From the NCBI RefSeq assembly GCF_018977255.1, contig NW_024704742.1, positions 65,412,001 through 65,476,000 of the forward strand: a DNA stretch of 64,000 nucleotides, in the 5' to 3' direction. The stretch comes from Callorhinchus milii. Taxonomy: Eukaryota. A program made the position numbers and the translations under genes. Below the pieces are notes generated by a model. It was given only the letters and a program-made list of their open reading frames with translations. It did not search any database and was not told the DNA's origin. Below, one piece after another: positions 53,016 to 64,000 of the stretch. The stretch's first letter is position 1; each line of letters starts with the position of its first letter.

Positions 53016-53249
53016 AATCTGTCAGGCTCCTTCCAAAAATTGGAAAGCCAATTGCAGAAAGTCACCCAGATCCTTATGGATATTGACAGTGAAATCAAGC
53101 CAAAGCGTCAGATTTTGGAGAGCAACTTGCATCTTCAACATGAGAGAAATCTTTATATCCATTTCTTTCAAAATCCTGACAAACTGAAGGAAATCGTGGA
53201 GGGTCTGGAGAAAGAAGCTGAAGCTAATGCCATTGGATTAAAAAGTTGA
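53016..53249 (+). CDS. HAUS3: HAUS3 last coding exon
   Basis: ttgtag acceptor; NLSGSFQKLESQLQKVTQILMDI..ERNLYIHFFQNPDKLKEIVEGLE..KS-TGA; total CDS 1809 nt = 602 aa; AATAAA at 53536 and 53584. Confidence 0.93.
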   Translation, partial: NLSGSFQKLESQLQKVTQILMDIDSEIKPKRQILESNLHLQHERNLYIHFFQNPDKLKEIVEGLEKEAEANAIGLKS

Positions 53250-54089
53250 TGTGTAACCTCTAAGAAGAAACAATGATGGTGGAAAATGTACATAAAGCTT
53301 TTTGTATAATTATCTGGAGCTGAATAACTGATCAGAGCACAGTTACAGCTTTTGTTTCAAAATCATCAAAATTCATGTATTACAAAAAGTTGAATTGTAA
53401 TTTGTCAGATACATCAACTGATGAAAGAAAAAATTAAGGAAATGTAAATGGAGCCTTTGTATTCTCACATTTGTCAATGTTTGTACGATGTTTCTATCCT
53501 TATGGTATTTGTATTTATCTTTGGATTTTGTAGAGAATAAAATCCAGATCTGTTCTACAATAGATTTGCACTTAGTGAATTGAAATAAAGCCACAGATTT
53601 TTATTGTGCTAAATACAATATACAATACAAAATGACATTTGTATAGCACCTTTCATGTCAGGAGGGAGTCCTAAGGTGCTGGTGTTTATGTGGTGAGGAT
53701 TAATCTCAAAGGAGCAGACAAGTTCTAATCCATTTGGTCTTTTTTAGTGAAATCCACGATCTCCTTGTCTCTCACTCTAAAGTCAGGAACGTCCTTATTG
53801 GACAAGCAATGGGAATCTTACAATTGCATTTGTACTGATAAGATGTGTGGGTTTATCTAGTTTACATAAAGAAATAAAGAAGTGTTTTTGATGCTGTCTA
53901 AAGTCCTGGTTTCTTCCAGCCTGCATCTGTGTATTCCGACCAAGTGACACTTTGTGGGACAGCAGAAACCATTGGAGAAGTGGAGCTTTGGTGTGAATAT
54001 GCAATTGGATATTTATCATCAAGCAATTGTTTAACTTTAAGGAGAGTAGTGTTCAGGTGATAAACTCTCACTTGTATGACAACTGGAAG

Positions 54090-55090
54090 TGGGCCATTTA
54101 GCTCTACTCTGGCATTTTATAAATGTATGTTAATGCTTACCTTTCTAATTCCATTTCCTAAATTTTCTTCCATCGTCCAAGTATCTATCTCCATCTTAAA
54201 TAACCCAATACTTCCTCTGGACTTGTCAGAGCTATTTCCACATTCTCACATCCCTTATGTGAAGAAAATATTTCTGTATTTGTTTTGATTTTGTTCCCTC
54301 ATTCTAGATTTATCTAGTAAAATGAGGAATGGTTTCCTATTAACCTTGTTAATCCCCTTCTTAATCTTAAAATCCTTACTCATCTCACCCCTTAACTTCC
54401 TCACATCCGGTAAATATTATTGATTACCCCCCAATGCTATCAAAACAGTGGTCTTTCATCCCAGATACAAGTCTGATGAATTGGTGCTGGATATCTTTAT
54501 AAATTGAGATGTGAAAAACTGATTATTCAAAAGGTGATCTGACCAGCGTTCTCTAAATTGCATTACTCTTTACGTACTTTCAAATTCTAGACCTCTTGTA
54601 ATAACACTGAGCATTTCATTCTATCATTTCTGCTTTCTGTACCTCAAAAGTGGCCTTTAATGAAATAACTGTGGACCCCTCTCCCTTCATCTATCCCACT
54701 CCACTGAGAATGGATTCCCCACTGAATAAATTTCCATCTGCTGATCTGTACAAGATATGCTATCTTTTTGCTCCGTTGTCTGCTACGTTGAACTTTATCT
54801 ACTTTTATATCCCTTTGCAATGCAATTTTCTGCTTCCTTCACAAAATTGTATCTCCTAAATTATTGTCATCTTGAACAAACACCACTTGTCAGTCCCCAG
54901 TTAGACATTTTTTATCTGAACTCCGCCTTGTTTCCAGTTAATTTTCTATCTATGACACTAGCTTGCTTTTCATTCATTCAATTAATTAATTAGAAGAAAC
55001 AATCTTTTATGTGAAACCTGGAAAATAACTGCAAGTCCTTGTAAATGTAATTGATTATTTTCTTACCTATCAAACTTGGTTCTGTCATAT
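54090..55090 (-). mobile_element. Old degenerate CR1-like RT fragment
   Basis: Residual CR1 3' motifs (TATCTATCT..TTCCACATTCTCAC..TGTGAAGAAA) and RT-like downstream sequence. Confidence 0.5.
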
Positions 55091-56081
55091 ATGATCTACA
55101 TTTCACAATACCCTTGGAGTTCCATGATCTGCCTTTTACAGACTGATCATTAATAATAATCCTCCAAAAAAAAACCCAAAACAGTAATAAATTGGTCATT
55201 TTCAATCCACGACTGTTTGTGGGACTACTGTGCGTAATTAGCTGCTGCGTTTCGCCCACAAATATACAGTCAATTCACTTTACAGTTTATTCTGTGAAGC
55301 GCTTTGAGACGTCGAGAAGACGTGAAAAGCGCTATATCAAATGCAAGGATTATTATTATGATCAGATCACACTTAATTCCAGTGCTAAATTGCTTTTTCT
55401 ATAATGATGGATTCTAGTAACATTTAATCACTAATGTTAAATTTACTGGCCTATAGTTAAGGGGCATCCTCGTTATAATACAGTGGTTTAGATTCATAAA
55501 CTCAGAGCCTTGTGTTGAAACAAACGTGACACTAAATGTGAAAATATTGGCTCTCTTCCCATTTACTGGGTCGTTGCTGATGTCATTTCCCGCATGCTGT
55601 GCACATAAACACAGCACAGGAAGCCCTATATTTGATTTGTTCCTTCCTGTCTTGAATAATGATTTTTATAGTTGTTCTGATCGTCTCGTATTATCCACAA
55701 ATGCAGAGAGTTTTTAAAGTATAACTAATTCCCTTATCTTTTTTTAATAAACATTCCTGGATGGAATGTTTCAAGGCATGGAGACTTCTGTGTCTGCTTC
55801 CCTGCGGTACCATATGTTCTGCGAAGATTAACCCTGGTTCCTTTGTGGAACGTGATTCAGTCTAATTGGGTTTAAGGGGGGGAGGGTGAGCTTGTACACC
55901 AACAAAAAAATCATGTACTGTAAAGATTAATGCAAAATATTCATTTAGCATGGGTGTGAGAGTGGACGTTGGACCTCAGTGAAAGTTTGACCTTCCATTT
56001 TCACTACCTTGCTAAGGGAAAGCTTAATCTGATTCCTTCTGTAGTGAATTTGATGTGTGGAAAATCATCAGGTGTATAATA

Positions 56082-56179
56082 CAGGGTGATCAAAAAGTTG
56101 GGAAGCTACCCTATTATCTAAAAAATTTTTAAAGACTTATTAGGCATTGTAATAGTATCACAATTTTTTGGTCACCCTG
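56082..56179. mobile_element. 98-bp Tc1/mariner-type MITE
   Basis: TA|CAGGGTGATCAAAAAGTTG ... CAATTTTTTGGTCACCCTG|TA: TIRs plus TA duplication. Confidence 0.8.
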
Positions 56180-56629
56180 TACATGAATGTGCAGTACCAC
56201 TTGTTACTTTAAGTGTAGTAAGTTCAATTCATGTTCAATAAAATGAAGAAAAAAATCTTCTTGTGTGGTATGTAATCATGAATTGCCAGCTTTAATATTA
56301 CTCTAATTGATTATATGGATTATTGGATATTTTTAGGGCACTTGTAATACTGTTTAAAAGTCACTGCCCTTAAAGTTTCCTTAATGTATGAACTCCTTTG
56401 TTGTTTATTGTTGAATTGTTAAGTGTTGTGTATAATTCGGTCAGGATATATATATTTAAAGCACTGGTCAAATTGATTTATGGTTTCTATGAATAATTTG
56501 CGGTAAGGAAATGCTAGTTTTTCTAGCCATTTTGTGCTTGTATTCTAAGTAAGGTCAAAGGACAAAACCAGAATACTGTTGGATCAGTAATTTGTGTTTT
56601 TTTTATTTGGTTAGTAACCTGGACGAGAG

Positions 56630-56765
56630 ATGGAGCACAGAGAGCCTTATAGTTATGTTGGACTGGATCTTTACCACAAGCACTTATCTACACGTGCTCA
56701 GCAGATTATGAAAGCCATTCAATATGACCATAAAAGAATGCAAAACCCAGGAAAAGCCAAATACA
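56630..56765 (+). CDS. POLN: DNA polymerase nu, first coding exon (exon from 56615)
   Basis: ttag acceptor, A|GTGAGT donor; MEHREPYSYVGLDLYHKHLSTRAQQIMKAI resembles POLN [28 protein letters not shown]; lies just 3' of HAUS3 as in other vertebrates. Confidence 0.82.
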
Positions 56766-58550
56766 GTGAGTGGTCACAAGAGGGCACTGTGGTTAACCAA
56801 ATAGTTTTTCACCTGCAGAATGTATTTATTTCCTTTAGTCATTTTTGATTTTAAGCGGTTATTCCACCCCCGGAAAGAAATATCTGATTTCAATGAACTG
56901 CCACTGTATAACCCAAATCATTTTCCATCAATACACATTTATTCTAAATATTATTGGTTGGGTGTCAGGGTATAGTTCAATAACGCAAAAAAGATTATTA
57001 TTTTTCTGCAATTGTTCTCTTAAACTAGTGAAACAAAGAACATTTGCCATGATCATTAATTTTTTTAAGCTGTTGGATTTTTATTTTGTTCTGACATGTA
57101 GAAACCCATATTTAAGAGTATCCAATCAGAGTTCCACATACCCATATCACCTATTGAAATTTCCCATTTGTCTGGAATGGAGTGTGCAATCTCCTTCTGG
57201 AGGGACAGTCCCAAGTTACCTAATTCCAGAAAGTAATAGGCACAGGTTGGCAAAAGCCAAGGCTTAAGAACTCCAAAATGTGAGTTGAGGTCCTGTTGGA
57301 GTTTCATTAGCTACAGTTGGATAGCTTACCTTTGCGAGGTCTGTTCGGCAAGCTTCCCATTGCTTATCCAACCAAAAACATCCAACATGTTGGAGCTTTG
57401 GCTTGCAGGCATAACAGTAGCTGAGTGGGAAGAATGACTGTTTCCATTGATTTGATTATTTAATGAAATCCTGTTTAAAATAAAATGTGGCTATGTTCAG
57501 CAATTGATTCAAATCTTTAATATCGAGAAACTATATCAGAATGAATAGATAAATACAGCTACACAAATTACACTAAAAACAAGAGTGTTTAGTTGGATCT
57601 GCAGTTATTCAAATGTTACACATAAAATTATGTTATTAATCTACCACATGGTAGAAAATCTGAGTAATTACAATACATGTATTGAACCACTCATTTAAAC
57701 TCAATAGAAACAATCTGAAATCTATCAATATACTGTTATTTTGATTCTACAATGCATTTGACAGATTAAAAAACATTAAAATAATGATTGTTACTGGTAA
57801 CTTAATTAGCCCTTGTACTAATACAGTACTGAGCAGTCATTTGATTTAGTGCCTTATTACATTGAATCATCTCAAAGTGCTTTGTACAGTGGGTTACTTT
57901 ATAACTGCAGCTTATTTTAAGCAGCAGCTTCCCACAAGCAGTAAAAGCAATTTTTTTTGTGTGTGAATTTTCGATGTGGAGGTATTATTGGACAGGTCAT
58001 TCAGAAATCTCTCTACTCTTTGTCAAAATAGTGCTATGCGATCTCCAACACGCACTTGGATTACTTGGTAATGATTCCATGAAAATTATTTTTCAGCTGT
58101 TTATTTTCACTAATAGGTTTGCTCTATATTTGTGCTCTATATTTCAAGACCTTTGTGTTGTGAGCCTTTGTTAGATGTGCATCATATGTTTCATTTTTGG
58201 GTGTGTTAAAACATTTGACTGAAAAAATGCAGTTCCATTTTTTATAATAATAATCCTTGCATTTGATGAAGCGCCTTATCACGTGGTGGAGCACTTCATA
58301 GACAATATTATAAAGTGAATTGACTATATATTTTGTAAGCAAAACGCGGCAGCCAATTGCGCACAGCAGTGTCCCACAAACAGTCGTGGATTGAGTGACC
58401 AAATGTAAAAAAATTGAAGTCTCCAATTTCCAAAACATACGTGTCTTGTTTTTTAGACTTGCCCGCAGTATACCTACCATGTGCAAATGTTATTATTTGA
58501 ACAGTGCACTGAACTAAAATTAGCTGAATGTAACGCAAGATTTTTTTTAG

Positions 58551-58633
58551 ATCATTGGAACCATGATATGGAGGAAATAACCACAGATGGATGTAACAGG
58601 AGGAAGACAGGAACAGGTGCAGTGCTTCAGGAG
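58551..58633 (+). CDS. POLN: Candidate POLN second coding exon
   Basis: T8-AG acceptor, phase-1 compatible (A|AT), open purine-rich frame HWNHDMEEITTDGCNRRKTGTGAVLQE, GAG|GTAGA donor (alternative donor at 58659); poorly conserved region. Confidence 0.45.
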
Positions 58634-59374
58634 GTAGAATATTGGCAGAATGAAGAAAGGTGAGATGACGTTTATTCACTTTTTTTTAATCAAACATAAG
58701 GTAAGGTTCAAATTGGACACATTAATTCTTGTTCACAAGCAAAATATTCAGTGTCTAGTTGACATGCCAATACAGAAAATATCACAATGACTCTGTGTCA
58801 TATCTGGAAAATGCTTGGACTTCTAAATTGCTGCACTATTTTACTAAATGCTTTTATTGAAGCGTACGTAAATTCAAATAAATCTAAAACATGTGCTTTA
58901 CTTGAAGCATATTGTTAAAATATATTTTTCTTAAATTTCTTTATGTCGTTTACAAAATACGGAGTCATTATACTTTACAGGATATCCTTTGAGACGTCTC
59001 CCTGACGTGAAAAACTCTCCGACAAATGTAAGAGTTTTTTTTATTCCCTAGTCTTCCAAGTCTTCATCCAGGACCTTGCCCAAGTGGCCACTCTCACATG
59101 TGAGTTTTGACAAGTGTTGCTGTTCAACCACAGGAGACATCACAGGCAAGCAAGATGTCATTTGTTGCAGTATAAAATAGGGGGTACTGCAAAAGATCTT
59201 TGAAATGTAAATACATTAAGTTTAAACATTCTTGGGTTGGCTCTTGGATGGTGAATTGGACCACCTTATGATTTTTAATGTTATCTTTAGAACCAGTTGA
59301 CTCCTGGCTCTTTAACAGTGAGATGAAGGTTATTCATCTGTGGGTGGTATCACGGCCAGCCAAATCATAGCCTT

Positions 59375-59545
59375 ATCCAACATCAGCACACATGCTCTGG
59401 ATATTATCCCTGGCTGGTGTTTCTTACTCTCCTTAATCTAGGAATATTAAGATCAATTCCAGCCCCCGACTGAAGTCGTGGCTCAGATTAATAAATCATC
59501 GCAACCCAGAATTCACACATACCTTTCTGTCAAGTGTGGCCTAGT
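59375..59545 (-). mobile_element. Ancient LF-SINE-like fragment (related pieces at ~2870-2915 and ~17945-18040)
   Basis: AGGGAGGGGAAAACCAGTCAGGGTTCCTGCTCCTG-type motif, recognised from memory as resembling LF-SINE. Confidence 0.45.
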
Positions 59546-59564
59546 GCTGTGGGGGTGGGTATTA

Positions 59565-60733
59565 CCTGGGCCAATAGAGAAGTGCGGCCACATCTTTTCC
59601 GTGGAATCCGCTACAAACCCGCTTTAAATGAAGTTTCTGGCCCGCAGGCCGCTCGCTGGTTACTTGACATCACTGTGGGCGGGGTGGCCCAAGCGGCAAA
59701 TGAGCTTCACTGAGAATCCCCACTGTTGGTGATTGTGTGTATCTGTGTTTCTCTAAGTGTCTGTCTCTCTCTGAGTTTGTGAGTGTCTGTGTGAGTGTGT
59801 CTCTCTCCTCTGTGTGTTTGTGAGTGTCTGTGTGAGTGTCTGTGTGAGTGTGTCTGTGTGTCTTTCTCCTCTGTATGCATGTTTGTGAGTGTGTCTCTTC
59901 TATTTGTGGAGTCCTGTAGTTCAGTGGTTAGAGCATTCGCTTTACAAGCGAGAGACCTGAGTTCAATTCCAGGCAGGTCAGGGCGAAACCTTGGGCAAGT
60001 TTCCTTACTCCACACACCTAATAATAATCCCATCAAAAAAAAACAATAATAAATTGGTCATTTTCAATCTACGACTGTTTGTGGGACATTGCTGTGCGCA
60101 ATTGGCTGCCGCGTTCGCCCACAAATATACAGTCAATTCACTTTACAGTATGTTCTGTGAAGCGTTTTGGGACGTCCTCCCGATGTGAAAAGCACTATAT
60201 CAAATGCAAGGATTATTATTATTATTATTATATGTTTGTGTGTTTCTGGGTGTCTCTGTATGAATGTATGTATGTGTGTCTCTCTGTCTGTCTGTGTGTA
60301 TATATCTTTGTGTCTATGAGTGTCTTTCTCTGTCTCTCTCTGAGGATGTGTGTCTCTCTGTGTCTATGAGTGAGTGTCTCTCTCTGGGTCTATGTGCAGT
60401 ACAGGCCCTGGGAGGTAGGAGGTGGTGAGCTCCTGTAGCCTTGCTGGTGACCCCCCTATCCACCCAAAAAAAAGGGCCAACCCAGTTTATGTTAAAGAAG
60501 TAATTAATATTTTTTTTGCAACAATCTAATACGTGTTATTTCCTTATGTTTAGTTTGTAACAATAAAGTGAAAAAAATGAGGTTGTTAGTAAAATGTACC
60601 TCAATAGCACCAATCAACCCCCTGCAATTTTCTGCAAAATTTTTCAAAAATGGCCCCACAGCTTCCCAGGGGATTTTCAAACCTCCCCGCATTTTTTAGC
60701 AAATATTTCTGCACTTTTCTATTTGATCCAGAG
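59565..60733 (-). mobile_element. Non-autonomous TIR element copy 2 (short CA/GA tract, interrupted by a SINE)
   Basis: TA|CCTGGGCCAATAGAGAAGTGC ... GCACTTTTCTATTTGATCCAGAG|TA; shares GTTGATTGGTGCTATTGAGGTACATTTTACT and GGGCCAGAAACT.CATTTA.AG.GGGTTT.TAGCGGATT blocks with copy 1. Confidence 0.78.
59906..60231 (+). mobile_element. Same SINE, full length, inserted in TIR element copy 2
   Basis: GTGGAGTCCTGTAGTTCAGTGGTTAGAGC ... GCAAGGATTATTATT. Confidence 0.93.
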
Positions 60734-60809
60734 TATTACCCACTAAAGTCAAGTATCAGGGTAGCCCATTGTGCGTTTTAAATATAATACATATTTATTG
60801 TGATAATAT

Positions 60810-61105
60810 AGTATTTGATATAGCATGTCTTCTAGACCTCTCAAAGCGCTTCACAGAATATGCTGTAAAGTGAATTGACTGTATGTATTTATGGGCGAAA
60901 CGCGGCAGCCAATTGTGCACAGCAATGTCCCACAAACAGATGTGGTTTGAAAATGACCAATTTATTATTGTTTTTGGTTTATGGAGGGTTTATTATTAGG
61001 CGTGTGGAGTAAGGAAACTTGCCCAAGGTTTCACCCTGCCTGGAATTGAACCCAGGTGTCTTACTGCAAGGCGAGTGCTCTAACCACTGAGCTACAGGAC
61101 TCCAC
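60810..61105 (-). mobile_element. Same SINE, near full length
   Basis: Reverse complement of the family sequence, ending GCTACAGGACTCCAC. Confidence 0.9.
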
Positions 61106-61809
61106 CTTCCACGCGATGGAAGTACAATATAGTATAGTGTGAATTTCAGAATATTTTTTTTTAGGTTTGCAGAAATGAAGAATTAAGGGAAAACTGTTTA
61201 GTGAAAATGTTGTCGTGTATAAAATGTTATTTATAGTTTGTGCTTTGATAGGAAACTTAATGGTATTCTTATCTGTCAGCTTTCTAAATTAGGTTTTCAT
61301 TGACAGCAAACACACACTGTTAGCCAGTGGAAGGTAACACGCATTGGGATGACCTAAGGCATAAATAATATGAATAAAGAATGCACATTTTAATTTCTCT
61401 AAAATCTCTTCATCATTTGTGAGTAGAGAAATGAGTTGTTGGGGCACCTCATCTATAATTTATGGTTTCTTCAAATACTGACAGCATCAATAACAGCCAT
61501 TAGCCATTATCTGTTGTAATCTGCACAACAGTTTTAGATTTATAAGTCTTATTTCTGATCTGCTTTAGTTGAAAATCCACATACCTCAAATTATCATTTT
61601 AATAAGATGGGCAATCTGGTGAGTCATTGGCTTCCCATTGCTATATGTTCTGCTCAGCATGTACTTGTACCTGTGCTTTTGCTATAATTCTGACGAGCCT
61701 ATGAGTGGCTGATTTGGAAAAACAACAATTGACATTTGTAAAGAACCTTTCACATTGGGAGGATGTGTTAAAACATTTCATACAGCTGATTGGGAATCCG
61801 AGTGGATGA

Positions 61810-62005
61810 TGGGGGGTAAGAAGATGTGGGAGTGTGGGTAAGAATATTGGGGAGGGTAAGAAGATAGGGGGATAAGAAGATGGGAGGGGTTAAGTCGTTG
61901 GGGGTAAGAAAATCGGGGGTAAGAAGGTTTGGTAGGTAAGAAGATGGGGATAAGAAGATTGGGGGGGTTAAGAAGATTGGGGTGGGTAAGAAGATTGGGG
62001 CGGAG
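61810..62005 (+). repeat. G-rich ~18-bp tandem repeat (GGGGTAAGAAGAT..) inside an L2 3' remnant
   Basis: About ten degenerate TAAGAAGAT-GGGG units; L2 tail at ~61720-61780. Confidence 0.75.
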
Positions 62006-64000
62006 GGAAAAGTGATCGATAGCACAATTGAAAAGATAGTTCTTAAAGTGGGATGGTCCATCCAAAACGTTTGCATGATTAGCAAATTGTTGTTATGAAT
62101 GTAGTGTAGGTTGCATATGTAACAATAATAATTCTTGCATTTGATATAGTGCCTTATCACATATGCGCATATATATACACAGTGCACTTTAGTTGTGGTT
62201 ATCAATTTCATCAACTCCATTTTTGATCATTATAATGGGACCTTGGTTTTGAGAACTGATCATCGTACATAAAGGAAAACAAAGAACAGTAATGATTAAA
62301 GACCACTGAATATAAATATAAACTGAAAGAAGTTTTTTTTCTTCTGTTCCCATATCAAAGGTAAAGTTTAAAACTCATAGCCCTTCCAGATTTTCAGTTG
62401 TATTTTAACTGACAGCATCAATAAAAGCCATTGTACATTATGTGTTAACTAAGTCTGAACCCATTATGCCGGTTTGAACCTGTATGCAGAAATTGTGTTA
62501 CAGTATTAATACCTTTCTTGTGACTGTTGACATGTTGTCCATTGCACAATATGGATTGTATCAATAGGGATACACCCGGCTGACAAGAAAAAAAACTCTA
62601 GGATGTTGAAATAGAGATAGACAGATACTTGGGTCGTATAGAGGAATAAAAGGATATAGCAAAAGTGCGGGTCATGGGATTTAACAATCTGCCAAAATCA
62701 AATAAACTGGTGGAACAGCTCAATGGTTGTTTGATCCCCTCCTGTTTCATATGTTCCCATGTTGTTGGACTAGCATGATACATCAGCAGTCCACAGTTGT
62801 CTTATTTTAAGAACTCAGGCACAAAGAAAAAAAAATATTTTGCCCAATTCATATGATGCAACTTATTCAGTGTTACCCACTATGCTTTTCTACAAAAAAC
62901 ATAGCCTCTTGCAAATTTGTTTCAATGGAAATTATCCCAGACTTAATGTGAAGCATATGTTATCCTGTTTCAACCTGTAAATGGCTCAGAGCCACTAAAT
63001 CAATGTGCATTATAGTAGCTGGCATTATTCATTGTTTTCTCATCAGGAGGTATCAGCAGTGTCAATATGTTTGTGCTTGTGTGGATGTGCACTAGTGTCA
63101 GTGTGGGTTTATCAAACCTGTCTTAAAACAAAATAGAATTTAGAGTACAGTTATGAAATTCTGATAAATGTATGTTCTATATTTGAGCTATATTATTATA
63201 TATTATTCAACTGATGTTACAACACCCTTCATAAGAAATTTATACATTTTGTTTTTTATTTTGTCCCAGCAGAACACAGAAACGTTTAAAACTGAACAGG
63301 TGTACTTCATTCTTTACATTTTGCCTCGCTCATGACATCCATTGAGTGGCATTTGTGCTGAACTGGCTGACTTCTAAGTCTCTTAAGTCATTAGGTCACC
63401 ATCAATGTCACTTCCAACTTTGCACCTGTGTATCAAACAGCAAGATGGCAGTGATTCAATAATAATAATCCTTGCTTTTGATAAAGCTCCTTAACATGTC
63501 GTTGAGATGTCTCAAAGCACTTTACAGGAGATATTAAAAGTGATGTGACTCTATTTTGTTAATAAATGCAGCAAACAATTTTCGAGCAGCAATGTTCCAT
63601 GCAGTTTTATTTGGGGGAATGTTGAGCAAGACACCGGATATAATCACAGCCTCTCTGATCTCAATCCCTCCAGAATAAGCACATCATTTGGAGTGCTATT
63701 TTTACTCCTAATACATTAAATTTGCTCTAAAAAGTGTATTTATGATTATATACTGGATACAAATGCAATACTCTGTCATTTGCTTTCTTCATTTCATATT
63801 TCAGTTTAAATTTAATAGCACTATGGCAAGTCCGCAGGACTCCAGGGCACTGCTGATGACAGCACAGTCAGGTTGGCTCTTCAGCAGGATTTAGAAGGTC
63901 AGACCAGCACTCAGCTCCTATTAACCCTGCAGGCCAACACCCTAACGGGTAGGATGGTCCTAGCTGGACAAGCAGTGGGAAAGCTTGCTAGACAGCGCTA

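Noticed and set aside
56845..57267. 140-aa ORF as a POLN exon
   Set aside because: The apparent acceptor at ~57101 gives a stop in the phase needed after the first POLN exon; no recognisable homology
59906..59975. tRNA-Ala gene
   Set aside because: tRNA-like head runs directly into the SINE body and tail; several copies; no proper acceptor stem or terminator
63270..63299. Possible 30-bp POLN micro-exon (cccag|CAGAAC..CAG|gtgtac)
   Set aside because: Good acceptor but weak donor and no recognisable homology; needs RNA evidence

Overview
Vertebrate genomic DNA, most likely a cartilaginous fish (chimaera/shark-like SINE, L2, CR1 and Penelope repeats; species assignment is inference). Reading splice sites by hand gives four protein-coding genes. 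(1) The last two coding exons and a ~5 kb, largely repeat-free 3'UTR of MXD4 (+). (2) A complete five-coding-exon PRELID1-family gene (-, 216 aa) lying tail-to-tail with MXD4. (3) A complete HAUS3 CDS (+, 4 coding exons, 602 aa). (4) The first coding exon(s) of POLN (+). PRELID1-like and HAUS3/POLN diverge from one CpG island (~40.5-42.1 kb). MXD4-HAUS3-POLN is the human 4p16.3 order; the PRELID1-like gene between them mirrors the MXD3-PRELID1 pair on human 5q35 and looks like a retained ohnolog. Non-genic highlights: a TIR-bounded non-autonomous element in two inverted copies whose internal CA/GA tract expanded to a ~2.8 kb 24-bp minisatellite in one copy (source of the spurious >1100-aa ORFs); Penelope-like remnants with a hairpin and a minimal hammerhead motif in PRELID1 introns; an HSP70 fragment in a HAUS3 intron; a 98-bp MITE; GC-shifted SINE relics beside the promoter; many tRNA/Deu/L2-tail SINEs.
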